From: Rhynchobatus australiae
Lineage: Eukaryota
Assembly (NCBI GenBank): GCA_034780895.1
Contig: JAUZTB010000079.1
Span: 17,420,350-17,484,349, forward strand
Length of the DNA stretch: 64,000 nucleotides
Direction of reading: 5' to 3'
A model generated the notes under the pieces. The model did no database searches and was not told the origin of the DNA. It was given only the letters and a program-made list of their open reading frames with translations. Shown in pieces: positions 1 to 13,504 of the stretch. How positions within the stretch are numbered: position 1 is the stretch's first letter; every line of letters starts with the position of its first letter. Made by a program: the position numbers and the translations under genes.

Positions 1-2189
1 GTAACACTACCACTAACAGCTGAAAGATAATCTAAAGGGCCGGGATTTTAAAATACTTGTCAAACAACAAGATTTCAATTAAAAAAGCGAAGGAAGTGAT
101 GAAGGGTTGGGAGAAATGTCTTTGTGCAGAGACCTGTGAACCATGGAAATAGTTGAGGGAGAAATGTTTATCTCAAGGAGCAACAACTCATACAGCACCT
201 TAATACAGTGAAACATCCCAGAGTATTTCACATGACTGCTAATGAAAATTTAATACAATGAGATAGCTGGACAAGGGACCAAGGGTTTGATTTAAGAGCT
301 AGGTTAAGAGCTGTATGAGGAAGGAGGGGTTTAAGGCAGGAATTCCAGAGCTTAGGGTGATGTGAGCCCAAGGATACATGGGAAAGAATGGCAAAGTGAG
401 ACCAGATCCCAACTGTTCAAGCAATGACCCAGTATTGACATGATGTGCCAAGAATCCTCGTTTAGTACGGTCAACCTCTTATGGTTTACAAAACAAAGTA
501 ACATCACATTGAGTAACTCATGCCTATTACACCCATTTTACAGCATTCGCTTCTATTTGGGATTTGTTTTGCCACAAAAAATTAAAGTTTAAAAGTTTGC
601 ACAATCCTAAACTACAGGTTCAAATACAAAACTGTTCCCCCAGTTCCTTTCATCAATANNNNNNNNNNNNNNNNNNNNNNNNNNNNNNNNNNNNNNNNNN
701 NNNNNNNNNNNNNNNNNNNNNNNNNNNNNNNNNNNNNNNNNNNNNNNNNNNNNNNNNNATATCATAGCCAGTACTACTGAATCATTTTAAAACAGAGTAA
801 ATCTTTTTTTGATATCACCTTTTAATCTATTAAAAGGCACCAGCTGGTATTGCTTGTGGGAACTGTTAAAAGTCCTTTGAAAAGGTGATGCAACAAACAG
901 ATTAGAGCAGAACTCGAGAGAGCTTTTTTTATATAAAAGTGGTTTTTAGAGCAGAGAACCAGTCACTTAGCCTCCTCCCACTGAATTCATCGCACCTAGT
1001 GCGTTGCCTATTAGGTGAGAGTGCGAATCAGAATTAAGGTTACAACATTTAGCTATAATGCTGCCTGACACCTGTGCTTTTGAGGATAGCAGATCTCTTC
1101 CCAGCATTCATGCCTTGTGATACTTACTCCCTAGCCCATGCTTCCACACTGCATCAGCAGCAAGTCCATGTCAAATTTTAACCAACCTCCCATCCCCTCT
1201 AGCTGCAGTAGAAGGGTCTTCACCCTCTGTACCTTTTTCTGTAATTAACTAAAACTTAAAAGATTAAACAAGTTTATTGCTAAACTTCTAGATGCATTGA
1301 AAATAAAGAGTGCACTAATTAAGCTGCAGGAAACATCTGCACGTCTCAAACTATAAGATCCACGCAATGTGTACTTACACAGAACCCGAGTTCAGCTCCC
1401 TGCTCCTGTAGCAGCTACCTATCCGATTATTTTGCTAGCAAGCCTAAAGTTCCCATCAGCTCAGCACACCACCTGGAAACAACAGTGCATCCGTGAAAGA
1501 ACAGAAGTGGTTCTGCCCAGCGACCACACTTACACACTGCCAAGCACTAAAATGTTACACTCCCATTCAAGTTGCATTTGAATTACCACTTTTGTGGTCA
1601 GCAATGTTAAACTAGACTGTTATCCAAAACTAAACCCCATTTCCCTTGTTAAGGAGCCTGTAACTCCCAACAACTCCAAGCCCATGTTGAACCTAGACAG
1701 GGGACATCCCAGAGTCATAACAAGGGAGGGGCAAATCACAGACAAACATGCTCTCCTTGGTACAAATGTGCTGCTTATAGCAATAATAGAGGAAAGTTCA
1801 CACTAGTCTAGGAGTATAATGTGCAACTTCTTCCTTCCCCAAACTCTTCCCCCACGACCCCATCTAAATTTGTAGGAAATGTACCAAGATACAAGATGAC
1901 ACTTTTTCTTTTAGAAATTTCAAAAATCTAAGAATATCAACAATTTTTCAATGTGTTTATGACAAACTCAGCCTGGGCTCTTAAAAGCAGAGCAGAGAGA
2001 CTGAAGAGCTGACAGTGTTAGGCTCTTCTGGATGAGAACATATAGCTATGAGGATTTCAGCAAAACATATAATCCACTGATCTACTTTGTGGTGATATGT
2101 TAGCAATGCAGTCTCAGTGAAGAACGGGGAGCATTGGAAGGTTCTGTCCTGCGTCCACTTGAACTGTAATTCACCGAGTAGATGTGAAG

Positions 2190-2490
2190 AGCCTGGGAAG
2201 CCCAGAGCCAGGAGGCATTGTCTCAGGGTAAGGGGTGCTCCGTTCAGGACTGAGATGAGGAGAAGTCTCTTTGCTCGGGCCACTGTAAACCTTTGGGATT
2301 CACTTCTTGAGAGGGCTTTGGATGCTCAGAGTATATTCGAAGTTGAGATACAGGGAGCTTAGGGGATCTGGAAATGATGATTGGGCAGGAAAGGCTTGAG
2401 ACAAAAGATCAGCCATGACCTAACTGAATGGTGGAATAGGTTTCGAAGCCCATAGGGCATACTCCTGCTCCCACTTCTTACTGCTCGAAT
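2190..2490 (+). mobile_element. CR1-type LINE, 3' fragment
   Basis: ORF 2117..2362 (RRHCLRVRGAPFRTEMRRSLF...VNLWDSL) resembles the CR1 ORF2 C-terminus (TRGHxLKxRGxxFRTEMRRNFFSQRVVNLWNSLP), followed by a CR1-like 3' UTR. Confidence 0.8.
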
Positions 2491-3156
2491 GTGAAACACT
2501 CCCAGCAATACAACCTCCAGTGTGGGCTGTGCCTGGAGCCACGTAACACAAGGAGATGGGCTGGTAGCAGATGGTGCATTGTACAATACAAAATGGTGTA
2601 TTGCAAGACTAGTCGCACAATATTAAAGATCATGCAAATTTCCTGTCATCTACTAATACATGAAAAACCCTGGTGCATGCCTCAGAGAGGGGACGGGGTC
2701 TATGGACCAATTCTGTACCCCCAGAGGTCTTTCAACGTACAGCCCATCATTCAGTAGATGTATCATATCATCCTAAAACAACATTAGTTATTCATTTCCT
2801 GGCACAACCATCACTAAAGTTCAAAAAAAATGCAGAATAGTCTAGTCAAAAGAACACCAAAATCTTTAAACCAATCAATCCCAAAAGTTATCACACAGTG
2901 ATATCCGTGTCCTGGAGTGATTGTTTCTTATACAAAGCTGCTAATGCTGGGCTCTATTGTTATAATACAGCCTTAACAGGTTATAATTACACTACTACAT
3001 AACACAGTATAGTTTCTGCAAGTATTGACTCGTGCTGGGATCATGGATCCATGGGAACTGTTGCCCATGGTTGCCTCTCCTGTTCTTAACTTGGGAATCT
3101 AGGGAGCTTTGGTAGAAAAATTTAATGGGGATAAACACCCATCCAGTCTTGATGCG

Positions 3157-3172
3157 CACACACACACACACA
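3157..3172. repeat. (CA)8 microsatellite
   Basis: Read directly. Confidence 0.9.
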
Positions 3173-3327
3173 CCAGGAGATGCAACCTGGGCCACATTTC
3201 CTCTCCAAAAAAAAAATGCATTCTAGGGCCGTGAACATCAAGATGATAATAGCCAGACAATATTTTACTGATGTTTGCAGCCCAAGTTTCCTGGCTGTAC
3301 TGAAAGAGCTTCATAGACCCTTAATGC

Positions 3328-3373
3328 CCCTCAGAGCTGAGAGTTCAAGGTCCCTCAGAGCAGAGAGTTCAAG
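3328..3373 (+). repeat. 22-bp direct duplication, 24-bp period, 1 mismatch
   Basis: ccctcagagctgagagttcaag at 3328-3349 and ccctcagagcagagagttcaag at 3352-3373. Confidence 0.9.
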
Positions 3374-3396
3374 TCTGATGTTTTATCCAAATTCAC

Positions 3397-3525
3397 CTGA
3401 GTGCAGCACTCCTTCAGATCTGCATTGGGAGTGCCTGCCTTAGCCTTTATGCCCAAACCTCAAGTGGGATTTGAACCCACAACCTTCAGATGCAGAAGGA
3501 AAAATGCTATCAGCTGAGCCAATGC
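3397..3525 (-). mobile_element. tRNA-derived SINE 5' fragment (SacSINE1/Deu-SINE-like)
   Basis: Minus strand reads TTGGCTCAGCTGATAG (A box) ... GGTTCAAATCCC (B box), then ctgaaggagtgctgcact, a body motif also seen near 10290-10330, 12445-12480 and 52920-52970. Confidence 0.65.
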
Positions 3526-4084
3526 TGAAACTCAGATAAGCTAACAGATGAGGCACTTATAAACATGGACACCTCCCTTAGAAAACACACAACTCACGTT
3601 AAGATATGGATAGCAGCTTTAAATTTTTTTTTTAAGTAAATTGACTTCTTATTTCAGAGATACAGCTCTACTTTTGGAACAGTGAAGACACTGCCTCACG
3701 CAATTTCTTCAGAAGCAACACCGATATCAGTTTTACAAAAAAATCAAGTTAACTTTGGACTTCCTAATTTTTTTTTTTAATTAGTGACCTGGGGTACATG
3801 GTGGTGGACATGTTTGTTTTGCAATACAACTTTTCTCTTCTTTCCTGGAGACTTCCAAGTGGCCAGTCTTGGAGAAAGCAGATTATTCAAACTTGGAAGC
3901 TATCAAAGCTTAATCTGATCCTTACCTAGAATAAATGTACTATTTTTAGCATTCAAGGCAAGGAATCTTTGGCTTAATATCCTGCTTCCCCAGCCTAGGG
4001 CCCCTGAAGCTGAACCTCTATAACCAAGGATAAGAGTAACAGGCTTTTAGGAGTACCAACTCCTGAAAGGACTCCTCCTGATTA

Positions 4085-4275
4085 TATCATCTTGACTTAG
4101 AAACATAATCATTCCCTCATTGTCACTGGGTCCAAATCCGGGAACACCCTACCCAACAGCAATGCAGGAGCACCTTTATTAAATAGACGGCAGCAATTCC
4201 AAAAGGGAGCTCATCACCATTTTCTCAAGAGCAATAGATGTTGCTTCACCAGTGACGCTCCATCCTATAATGTGA
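4085..4275 (+). mobile_element. L2/CR1-clade LINE 3' tail fragment
   Basis: ttccctcattgtcactgggtccaaatccgggaac...caccattttctcaagagcaa...cagtgacgctccatcc matches the tails at 38255-38425 and 58480-58600. Confidence 0.65.
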
Positions 4276-4499
4276 ATAAGAGATTCTCCCAACTGCTGCC
4301 TGGCCAAGATTATTCAATCCAGCAGGGGCAAGACCAAACTTGGAATCACTCTGGTCAACAGCTCACGGGACATCGAAGACACAGGGCCATTGACTTCCTT
4401 TACATCTCATCTGCATAGGAACACCAATACTAGTTAAAGATCATATTTCCCCTCTGCTTCACTGGGATCAATTATAGTGTTGTGAAGATATAGGGAAGA

Positions 4500-4924
4500 A
4501 GAAAAGTTTGGAATCTGAAATCTCAGCCACGTCCAAGAGAATTATATTTCTGTATTTACAAAAGACCATCATTAAATAACCTTCTAAAATTTACAAACTG
4601 CATGGACAAAGAAACAGCTGGTTTTCTGTACATGGTTATCAGAGTGAGGTGCATACAAGATACAAATACATCATCCATCACATGGGGGGAGGGGGAGGGT
4701 ACTGATACCCAACTTAACCAATCACGTGGCAGTTCAATGGTGCGAGGTGATGCCAGACCACCAGAGTATGGGGTGTTTAACCATTAGAGTGCTGCAATAA
4801 CTTACTGGATTGACCCCAGACTCATGCCCTGGATGTACAAACTGTACAGCATCAGTCTATTTAGTAACAGAAGTAGTTCAGCATTGGGCCTCGCAGCTTG
4901 TGGTTTGAACCACTGTTTTGATTG
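4500..4924 (-). other. PPIP5K1: Proximal 3' UTR of PPIP5K1 (3' end not determined)
   Basis: Lies directly downstream of the stop codon on the minus strand. Candidate minus-strand AATAAA at 4175-4180 (inside a LINE tail) and 1273-1278; cannot choose between them. Confidence 0.6.
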
Positions 4925-5238
4925 TTAGGTCTCCACCAAACCTTCCACTGCCTGCTGTCCCTGCCCCGCCACGCTCGCCGATGCCTGTGAGCCACTGTGA
5001 TTCTGGTATGGCTGTTGACTTTGAGCGACTTGCTGTGCCTGGCTGCTCAGCTGTGCGTCCTTGTGATTGTGCCCGGCATGTTGGCTTGGAGTTGGTGGGT
5101 GGGCAGACTGCTGCTGCTCTTCACTGCTCTGTGGCGTGAGTGACGACTTCTCACTGAAACTAAAGCGGGGCGAGTTGTCCGAGGTATTGGGGGAGGATGG
5201 GCCAGCACTCGACACAGTGCTCGAAGGACCACTGCTAT
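4925..5238 (-). CDS. PPIP5K1: PPIP5K1 terminal coding exon: (Y)SSGPSSTVSSAGPSSPNTSDNSPRFSFSEK...QQAVEGLVET*
   Basis: Within ORF 4925..5281. Acceptor aatgcag|AT; TAA stop at 4925-4927. YSSGPSSTVSSAGPSSP matches the PPIP5K1 last exon. Confidence 0.93.
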
Positions 5239-6329
5239 CTGCATTCAAAGATTCAGGAGAATTAAAAAAAATTAATAACAAACACTGAAAATTATTTCTA
5301 CATGTACACCAGTGAAATCCACCTCTGAATTACTGTTACATTACATTGCAGATACAACATTATCAGAGGGATATCAGCAGAGTGATTATTTCTGTATCAA
5401 TCTGAACTGCAAAGAAATAACCAGTGATATAATCACAGATTCTGTCCCTTCACCCTGGAGTCATAACTGAATAGAACATTTTCAGCTGGCTAACAGTACA
5501 CCAGTGATGAGAGATCTCTGATTAATAGCGAGAGCAATCCGAGCTGATGGATTAAGAGTTATATTGGTTCTAAATGTGTTAATGAGATCCGATATCCCTT
5601 GCAATGTCCAATGGACATTAAACCATTAAAAAGTCTCTGGNNNNNNNNNNNNNNNNNNNAAAAAGCTGCACAAGACCTTACATGAATGCAGAGAATGTAA
5701 TGCCAGCTCCAGCTGGAGTCTTGCTGGATAGACCTTTTGATTAGCTTTCGTAAACACTTGATACTATTTGTTGTCAGATGTTTACCCTCTTAACTCATTT
5801 AAATGGACTAGCATCTGTGTAAAGAAAGAACAATGTAATGACAAATTAAATGTTTTTTAGGCATGAACCTTGCCCAGACAATTTCCCATTCCTTTGTTAC
5901 CTTATCCTGGAAGGATCTGGCAATCATCAGTGGTTGCTGGTGGTCAAAAACCACCATGGTTACATACCTGGTGCACAGGTCTGAGTGACTTACAATAGAA
6001 ACTGAAGTTACAATTGACAGACTCTTGCAGTCTCCCCTGCAATATTTTGCCCTTCACAGTCCTTGTGCTTTCCAAACTCAGTCAAACCTACTTTGGCCAA
6101 GGTTTTGGTCACCTCTCCTAATGATCCAATATAGCTTGGTGTCCAGTCATGTACCTGTGACACACCTTGGGACATGTTATTAGGTTAAAATGCTTCAGCA
6201 ACACACTGTTAATTCACCCTATTTTTTTTCCCAAATGCCGGAGCTCATTTCTTCACCCACTTTTCCAGTAGCAAACATGTCTTCTCAATACTGATGTAAA
6301 TCATGAAAGATGCAATATTTGTTACTTAC

Positions 6330-6449
6330 ACCACGGAGGTTTCTCTGAGCGAGGACGTATTGACAGGGAGGCAACTGAGGAGGGCAGGACCTGTTGTGGT
6401 ATGTATGCATCCACGGCAGCCTGGTTATTTCCCATTGTCTCAAACATTG
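6330..6449 (-). CDS. PPIP5K1: PPIP5K1 coding exon: (A)MFETMGNNQAAVDAYIPQQVLPSSVASLSIRPRSEKPPW
   Basis: Manual translation. 120 nt, phase 1 to 1, acceptor ctttcag| and donor |gtaagt. Ends in RSEKPPW as in mammalian PPIP5K1. Confidence 0.93.
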
Positions 6450-8567
6450 CTGAAAGTTCTGTCAATTAATAGCAATAACTATTACACAAGCCACGAACAA
6501 GCACAGTGAAGCAAACTCATTACCCCAATCAAAGCAATGTCACTCACACAATTCAGATGTAGTCTAAGGATTGCAAATTGGGTGCTTCAAGGTCATGAAC
6601 ATGCTATAAGAATGCAAATTCTTTTTCATATTAGAGTACAGATATCATCTAGGAATGCATGCTGTGCAAGTATGGCTCCTATGGACAAGATCTCTCTGCT
6701 ATGGGATGTTATTGGAGAGACGTTCCCAGTGCCATCTCCTCTATTTCACCTGTCATTCAATGATGGCAGGCAAGACAACGCAACTAGGAGGCTGGGCCAT
6801 GGCACTAGTGAAAGGATCCATGGAATCAGAAGTTAGATGCAATAAGTTTTGGCCCCTTTTCCCTGTTGGTGATGGGTCTAACAGGCAAATCTAGGAAGTA
6901 AAACTAGGAGTTAACCACGTGCAGAGGCACAGGTGCTGATGCTCATTGATTCTCCCTTGGTGTGTGGTGACATGTAGCCTGACAGCAAGCTCTTCTCAAG
7001 CACACTAGATACACCAACTAGCCAGTGTACTTGAGTATAGGCCACTGTCAAGCCCATCACCCAATGGGAAAACCAAAGAACCAGGTCAGTACATTATGGG
7101 CATGNNNNNNNNNNNNNNNNNNNNNNNNNNNNNNNNNNNNNNNNNNNNNNNNNNNNNNNNNNNNNNNNNNNNNNNNNNNNNNNNNNNNNNNNNNNNNNNN
7201 NNNNNNNNNNNNNNNNNNNNNNNNNNNNNNNNNNNNNNNNNNNNNNNNNNNNNNNNNNNNNNNNNNNNNNNNNNNNNNNNNNNNNNNNNNNNNNNNNNNN
7301 NNNNNNNNNNNNNNNNNNNNNNNNNNNNNNNNNNNNNNNNNNNNNNNNNNNNNNNNNNNNNNNNNNNNNNNNNNNNNNNNNNNNNNNNNNNNNNNNNNNN
7401 NNNNNNNNNNNNNNNNNNNNNNNNNNNNNNNNNNNNNNNNNNNNNNNNNNNNNNNNNNNNNNNNNNNNNNNNNNNNNNNNNNNNNNNNNNNNNNNNNNNN
7501 NNNNNNNNNNNNNNNNNNNNNNNNNNNNNNNNNNNNNNNNNNNNNNNNNNNNNNNNNNNNNNNNNNNNNNNNNNNNNNNNNNNNNNNNNNNNNNNNNNNN
7601 NNNNNNNNNNNNNNNNNCTCTATTAGAGGAATTCTGGCTACTTAATCTTCCTATTATGACCTGAAATGTCACAGTAGAGAACCTGGCAGAGGCACTGAAA
7701 CTGCACAATGCTTTTCTCGATTTCTATATTTTTAGCCTTCTCTCAGTGGATGAAGCTACACACAATGGTCCTTCCACATCCATTGTACTTATCATCATGC
7801 CTCCTGTGTATGCAAAGACAAAATCTAGGCACTCTGGTCCATTACTCCTGGAGATTCCTTCCACTATTTGGTACACAGAATGTTTCTCCTTAAGAAAAAA
7901 ATATTACATTTAGGAAACTCAAATGGGTTTATCTTTTAGAGTTCAATGTGTTTTACTGTCAAAAAACAGAGTCTGAAATCAATTATAGGTGGTTGGAGGC
8001 TGGAGATTGATTATGCAAACCACTATTAGAAGACCACAAAATTGAATGATGTAAAATAACCAGGTGGCATATTGAACAGGCATAGAAATCCCTCATCACC
8101 AGCAAACACTGATGTAATATTCAACACTTCAGTCAAGAGTTTGGAGCTGGCTGATGAGAAATACATGTCCTCCACTTTATTTTGAGCTCTGCATTGTCTA
8201 AAGTGATGGATTTCAGAAAATGCCTGGGGAGGGAGTGAATGGAAATCTTTCCTGCTTTAAGTCTTTGGTAAGCCCCATTGCCCATCCAGCACTCCCCTCT
8301 CAGATACATCAGAAGATGCAGAGTACATTTCTTCACTCCAGCCTATCAACATGACTTAGCCAACCCGAGAACCCCTCTGAGAAATCTTTCCATTCTTGTC
8401 CATCAGCCATCCTGTAGTGCCCAGGTTGGCTCATTTTGCCAAATGTTGGGTCAGAGGCACAGGCAGTGATCTGGACTTTGCAAGCTCAGTTTGTGCTTGG
8501 ACTTGTCATGGTTAATACATCCCAAAGTGGTGTTCACTGTTTCAGTTTCAGATGAAGTTTATTTTAC

Positions 8568-8705
8568 CTTTTGATGCTCTGTCGTGAGATTTTCTGCAAA
8601 TTTCAGAGATAGACGAAAGAAATTCATTCACTTGCTTCAGGGACAGGGAGTTATGGAGTGTTTCCAGAGGGTAAATGGAAGGAACCATAGAGCATCCTTC
8701 AAAAC
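8568..8705 (-). CDS. PPIP5K1: PPIP5K1 coding exon: (G)[45 protein letters not shown]
   Basis: Manual translation. 138 nt, phase 1 to 1, acceptor tttattag| and donor |gtaaaa. [19 protein letters not shown] is PPIP5K1-type. Confidence 0.96.
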
Positions 8706-10392
8706 CTAATAAAAATGAGATAAATATAAAAAATATTTGGAATTAAGATTTCACGCATTTTAAACAGACCCAAGTACTCCCTAAAGATAATGATAAATGC
8801 TCACAATATACCGAGGTAATTAGTTGAAAAGGCAGTTACTGAGCCGAGCCAAACCAAACCAAGCCAGGCCAATGTAACTGGACACAAAGCAAGGATCTGA
8901 ATAGAAATTGCACATCAGAACATGGCAGGGTCCATGGTACTTCTAGTAGGGAGCTAAATTTACATCTTGAAGGCAAGGCTGGTGGGTTAAATTCTCAAAA
9001 CCACACACTTTGGTAGTAAAGATGAAGCATTGATTGCTCCCAGTATCTGTTCAACCATAACCCTGACATTCCACAATTGTATTTGAAATGCATACAACAC
9101 ATTCTGCACCTCTATCACAAATTATATATACACATACAAAAATGAAATGAGTAGAGATCATGCAAGGAGAGTTATCAGATCTGGACATCTTATCTGAGAC
9201 TGTGTAATCATACAACCTGATACCAACATGGAGCAGCGATCCCAGTGCTCAACGTGCAGTCGTGAAAATTGTGTGTAGATGGGGATAACCTGCACTACTG
9301 AGCACTGGGTACAAGTTTACTGAAATAATCGACACCTAAACATAGCTTCAATATAGAACGTTACAACAACCCAGCAGTTCTGTCAGCTTCCTCTGTATCT
9401 GTCAGAGGACAGTAAAGATCTTAACTTGTGTAATACTGAGTGAGGAAGGGGCTGCACTCGCCCTACAAATGTGAACTTATTATTTCACTTTCACAGACTG
9501 ATGTACCTGCCTAGTAGTTTCATGGTTTCCATTTACTCTCTTGCCCTGCACCTGTCAACACTGATCACTTCTTCTGGGCTGAGAAAAGATAATTTTATGC
9601 TGTGCGCTCAAATGGGGCAATGAAGCTCAATCTACATTACACATGTAGGCTTACAACAAGCCAACACTTGTAACCCAAGATACATTCCCTTTTAAAGATC
9701 ACTTAATTATTATTGAATTTAACACAGTAAGGAGCAACCACAGCTGCATTAAATATGTCCATGGAGAGATGCAGTTAATGATTCATGTTAGCTAGCAATA
9801 TTCAGACAACAAATGCATCCTACTAAATTTTATAAAATTAACAAAGTTAATTGTTGAAGGCTGTAATTCTAACACATCAGATGGTGAACAGAAGGACAGA
9901 TTCATCAGTATTTTGGGAATGGTGTGTTGCTCCAAGGACTTTACCCACAGGAGTAAGAGCAGATGGAATAGTGTGAAAATAGTCCCAAACCTGGAATATG
10001 TTAGTGATGAACAAGGCAATTATGTTTTCCCTGGACCAAAATGCAGGAAAGGAATCAGCAAATCCTAAACTAGCAAAAGTGTTTAATATCAAAAACCAGG
10101 AAAATTGTAACAATTTGCAAAATCACTTTGCTGCCAATCTCTTCCCTCCCCTCCCTTCCAATGTATTCTGTGTCTTTAAAGCACTTCTGCATGACTGGCA
10201 GCTCCGACCGTTCCGTGTCATCATTCCACAGTCAAGACTCAGACTAATTTTAGCAAGACTCATGTCCATTGAAAAATCTAGACAGACACTCAAGCCAGTG
10301 CTGAGAAGCTGCACTGTCAGAGGTGCTGCCTTTTATGTTAAAGTGTTTCAGCCTGGAATTTCTGTAGGGTTGTAAGACCCCAAGCCATTAAG

Positions 10393-11030
10393 TCATTTAT
10401 TATCATGTGCACATGTACAGTGAGGTACAGGTGCAACGATAAACTTGCTTGCAGCAGTATCACAGGCATGTATGTTCAGACAACAACACACAGAATATAA
10501 GGTTTACATAAATCACAGCTACCATCGGGCAGGAGGTACAGAAGCCTGAAGTCCCAAACAAGAACAGCTACTTCCCTTCAACTATTTGGTTCTTGAACCA
10601 ACCTGCACAACCCTAATCACTACCTCAGGGTAGCAGCATTATGACTACTCTGAACAACAAAAGGACTTTTATTGTTCTAATTGTGTTCTTTGTATAATTT
10701 GTTCTTTTTTGTGAATGTTGTGCATCTGATGCTGCTGCAAGTTTTCATTGCACCCGTGGACACATGGACTTGTGCATGTGATAATAAATCACCAACTTTG
10801 AGTTACACACGACAGTGAAGAAAAAAGACTGAAAAACAAGACATTAGTGCAAAACAAAAAAATCCAGAGCCAAGTCCATGGCAGTGCAAGAGGTGGTCCA
10901 AAGCGTTCCATTGCTGAGGTAGGGTGAGGCTTGTGCAGGTCGGTTCAAGAACCTCATGGTTGTAGCAAAGTAGCTGCTCCTGAACCTGGAGTGGGACTTC
11001 AGGCTTCTGTACCTCCAGCCCAGCAGGAGA
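10393..11030. mobile_element. Rex1/Babar-like LINE 3' fragments: plus-strand copy (~10518-10795) nested in a minus-strand copy (~10393-10515 plus ~10805-11030)
   Basis: ORF 10844..11086 (WRYRSLKSHSRFRSSYFATTMRFLN) and the plus-strand LPSGRRYRSLKS...NSYFP...FLN match the Rex1/Babar RT C-terminus. The two 3' tails are mutually reverse-complementary. Confidence 0.75.
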
Positions 11031-12229
11031 ACTGAGAGTTCTCCCAATTGCCTGACCAATAATTCTAATGTTAACCAACATAACAAAAGCAGATTTGGTC
11101 ATTACCACTAGGAAAACATTTGGAGTTTTGGGCAAATTATACAATAGCAAAACCCTTTCTTCCCTCATGCAGACAGTACTTATGATCCATGGTTCATTGT
11201 CTGTAAAGATGGTGAAAAGATTAGAGGTTTCGGAGAATAATATGCAGGGCCATGGAGAGAGCAGGAAATGAGACCAACTGGATTGCTTTATTGGAGCAAG
11301 CATGACCCCCCAATGGCCTTCTGCTGTGCTATACAATTGGTCCAGCTGTTTGTGGGAGCTTACCATGCACAAACAGACTACCATAGCTCCCATGACACTG
11401 ATTGNNNNNNNNNNNNNNNNNNNNNNNNNNNNNNNNNNNNNNNNNNNNNNNNNNNNNNNNNNNNNNNNNNNNNNNNNNNNNNNNNNNNNNNNNNNNNNNN
11501 NNNNNNNNNNNNNNNNNNNNNNNNNNNNNNNNNNNNNNNNNNNNNNNNNNNNNNNNNNNNNNNNNNNNNNNNNNNNNNNNNNNNNNNNNNNNNNNNNNNN
11601 NNNNNNNNNNNNNNNNNNNNNNNNNNNNNNNNNNNNNNNNNNNNNNNNNNNNNNNNNNNNNNNNNNNNNNNNNNNNNNNNNNNNNNNNNNNNNNNNNNNN
11701 NNNNNNNNNNNNNNNNNNNNNNNNNNNNNNNNNNNNNNNNNNNNNNNNNNNNNNNNNNNNNNNNNNNNNNNNNNNNNNNNNNNNNNNNNNNNNNNNNNNN
11801 NNNNNNNNNNNNNNNNNNNNNNNNNNNAGGCACATTTTTTTGTGAAATCAGGTTGAGATCTATACCATGGTACAAGTGACAATAATAAACCAAAACCAAT
11901 TACAAAAGGGATCAGCATTGGGAAGGGTGGTTGCAGAGAAGTCTGTTCATCTATACTTTGTGAGTGGGAAGGAAAGTGTTCATTTTATTCATTAACTGGA
12001 TTAATAGACTGAAGACAACAACCCAAAATAGGAATGAAATGTTACTCAGCTGAACAGCCGGAAGTGGGAGTGCCACATCACTGGATTAGTGAACAAGACA
12101 ATTGTCCTGGGCTGTTTGCAGCTAAAATGTTGTTTGGAATAGGTTGGGTATTTTATGCAGAGCAGAATCAAAAGGAAATTGTTTCAAAGTGGTGAACATC
12201 AGAACAGCAAATCTCAGTTCCTTCTGTAA

Positions 12230-12545
12230 AGAAAGACTTGCATCTAGATAATATCCTTCAAAACTTAGGGCCCCCAATATGCTTTACAGCAGCAAATTAC
12301 TTATCAAATTGTAGAAGGGAAGCTGCCTCAAAAAGCAGTGTGATGTTGACTTGTATTTAGGAAGTATTGGCTCAGGGCAAAGAGGAAAAATACAGATGGG
12401 GACTTGGGTGGATAATGTGTCATATGAAAGACAGCACTTGACAAGTTCAGCACTCCCTCAGTACTACACTGGAGTCCCTTGCATTGGATTCAAACTCTCA
12501 ATCTACTTAAGCAAGAGGTGAGAATTCAAAGCCGAATTTGCATTA
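12230..12545 (-). mobile_element. Degenerate tRNA-derived (Deu-type) SINE
   Basis: cagcactccctcagtactacactggagt and ggattcaaactc (head remnants), plus an L2-like tail (gacttgcatctagataatatccttca...atgctttacagc) in reverse orientation. Confidence 0.55.
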
Positions 12546-13504
12546 AAAACTGAACAGCACTAGGTTATTAAGGAAATGCGTCCAATACTCACTTTGCAGG
12601 GCGAATAGGTAGGAGAGAAGGCAATATGAAAGATCTGTTGATACTAAGTGAGGCCTTGAGAATCTTGTGGGTTTTGAGGGGAAAGGAAATGCTAACAGAA
12701 ACATGGAATTCCATAGTTTTGACGTCCATGTAAGGAATTCATTGGAATAAATGGCAATGATTAAGCTTTAATTTCAATAAAGTGAGAAGGGGACAGGAGG
12801 AAGAACTAGATATCAGTACTGTAAAAAGGTGTTCAGATATATTCCCAAATCATGCAAAGCAACTGTAAAATGGGATATATCTGTGATTTACAACAGGTCA
12901 GAAATGGATATTGGAGTGCCAGTAAGGAGTTGGCTGGTTTGTGAAGAGGTCATTGGTTACACTGGAGGTGAATTTTACTGGCTTTAGGTTTTAAGCAAAG
13001 CTCAATTTAACTTCCATCAGGGAGAATGATACAGGAGCTCTGTAATAACTGGGGCTGTTTATATGGAGAACAGCAGATGGTGGGAAGTGACATGATAACA
13101 TATTGCAGGCTTGAATGCATTGAGCAACCCACATAATTGATAGTTTTGAACAGCACAGTTCATTAATGTTGCAATGGGCCACAGAGGAAAGGACAAATTT
13201 GCACACATAGTTCCTAAAATAGAGCTCCTAATCATTGCTTTGGTAACTGTTAGACACAAGATATTCAATCACAAATTGTTGGTTCAACAACACTATTGGT
13301 GGAGAGCAGATTGACTGATAGCCACTCGTTCTTATTCAGTCATGGGGTCTAGGTCTTGTAGGCTGAAAAAATGCTGGCCTCTGAAATGTGACACTTACTG
13401 AGCCATTTCAAAGTCAAGTACATTGTAATGAAATCAGCGTCACAAATAAGCTAAATCAGGCAAGGAGAGTAGATTTCATTCTCTAAGCAGCATTAATAAA
13501 CTGT

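Noticed and set aside
3440-3525. Possible tRNA gene (A and B boxes)
   Set aside because: No convincing cloverleaf, and it runs into SINE body sequence, so it is a SINE head.
5968-6036. 69-nt exon candidate (donor CAG|gtatgt) between the last two exons
   Set aside because: The acceptor has no pyrimidine tract, there is an in-frame stop, and it abuts an L2-like tail fragment.
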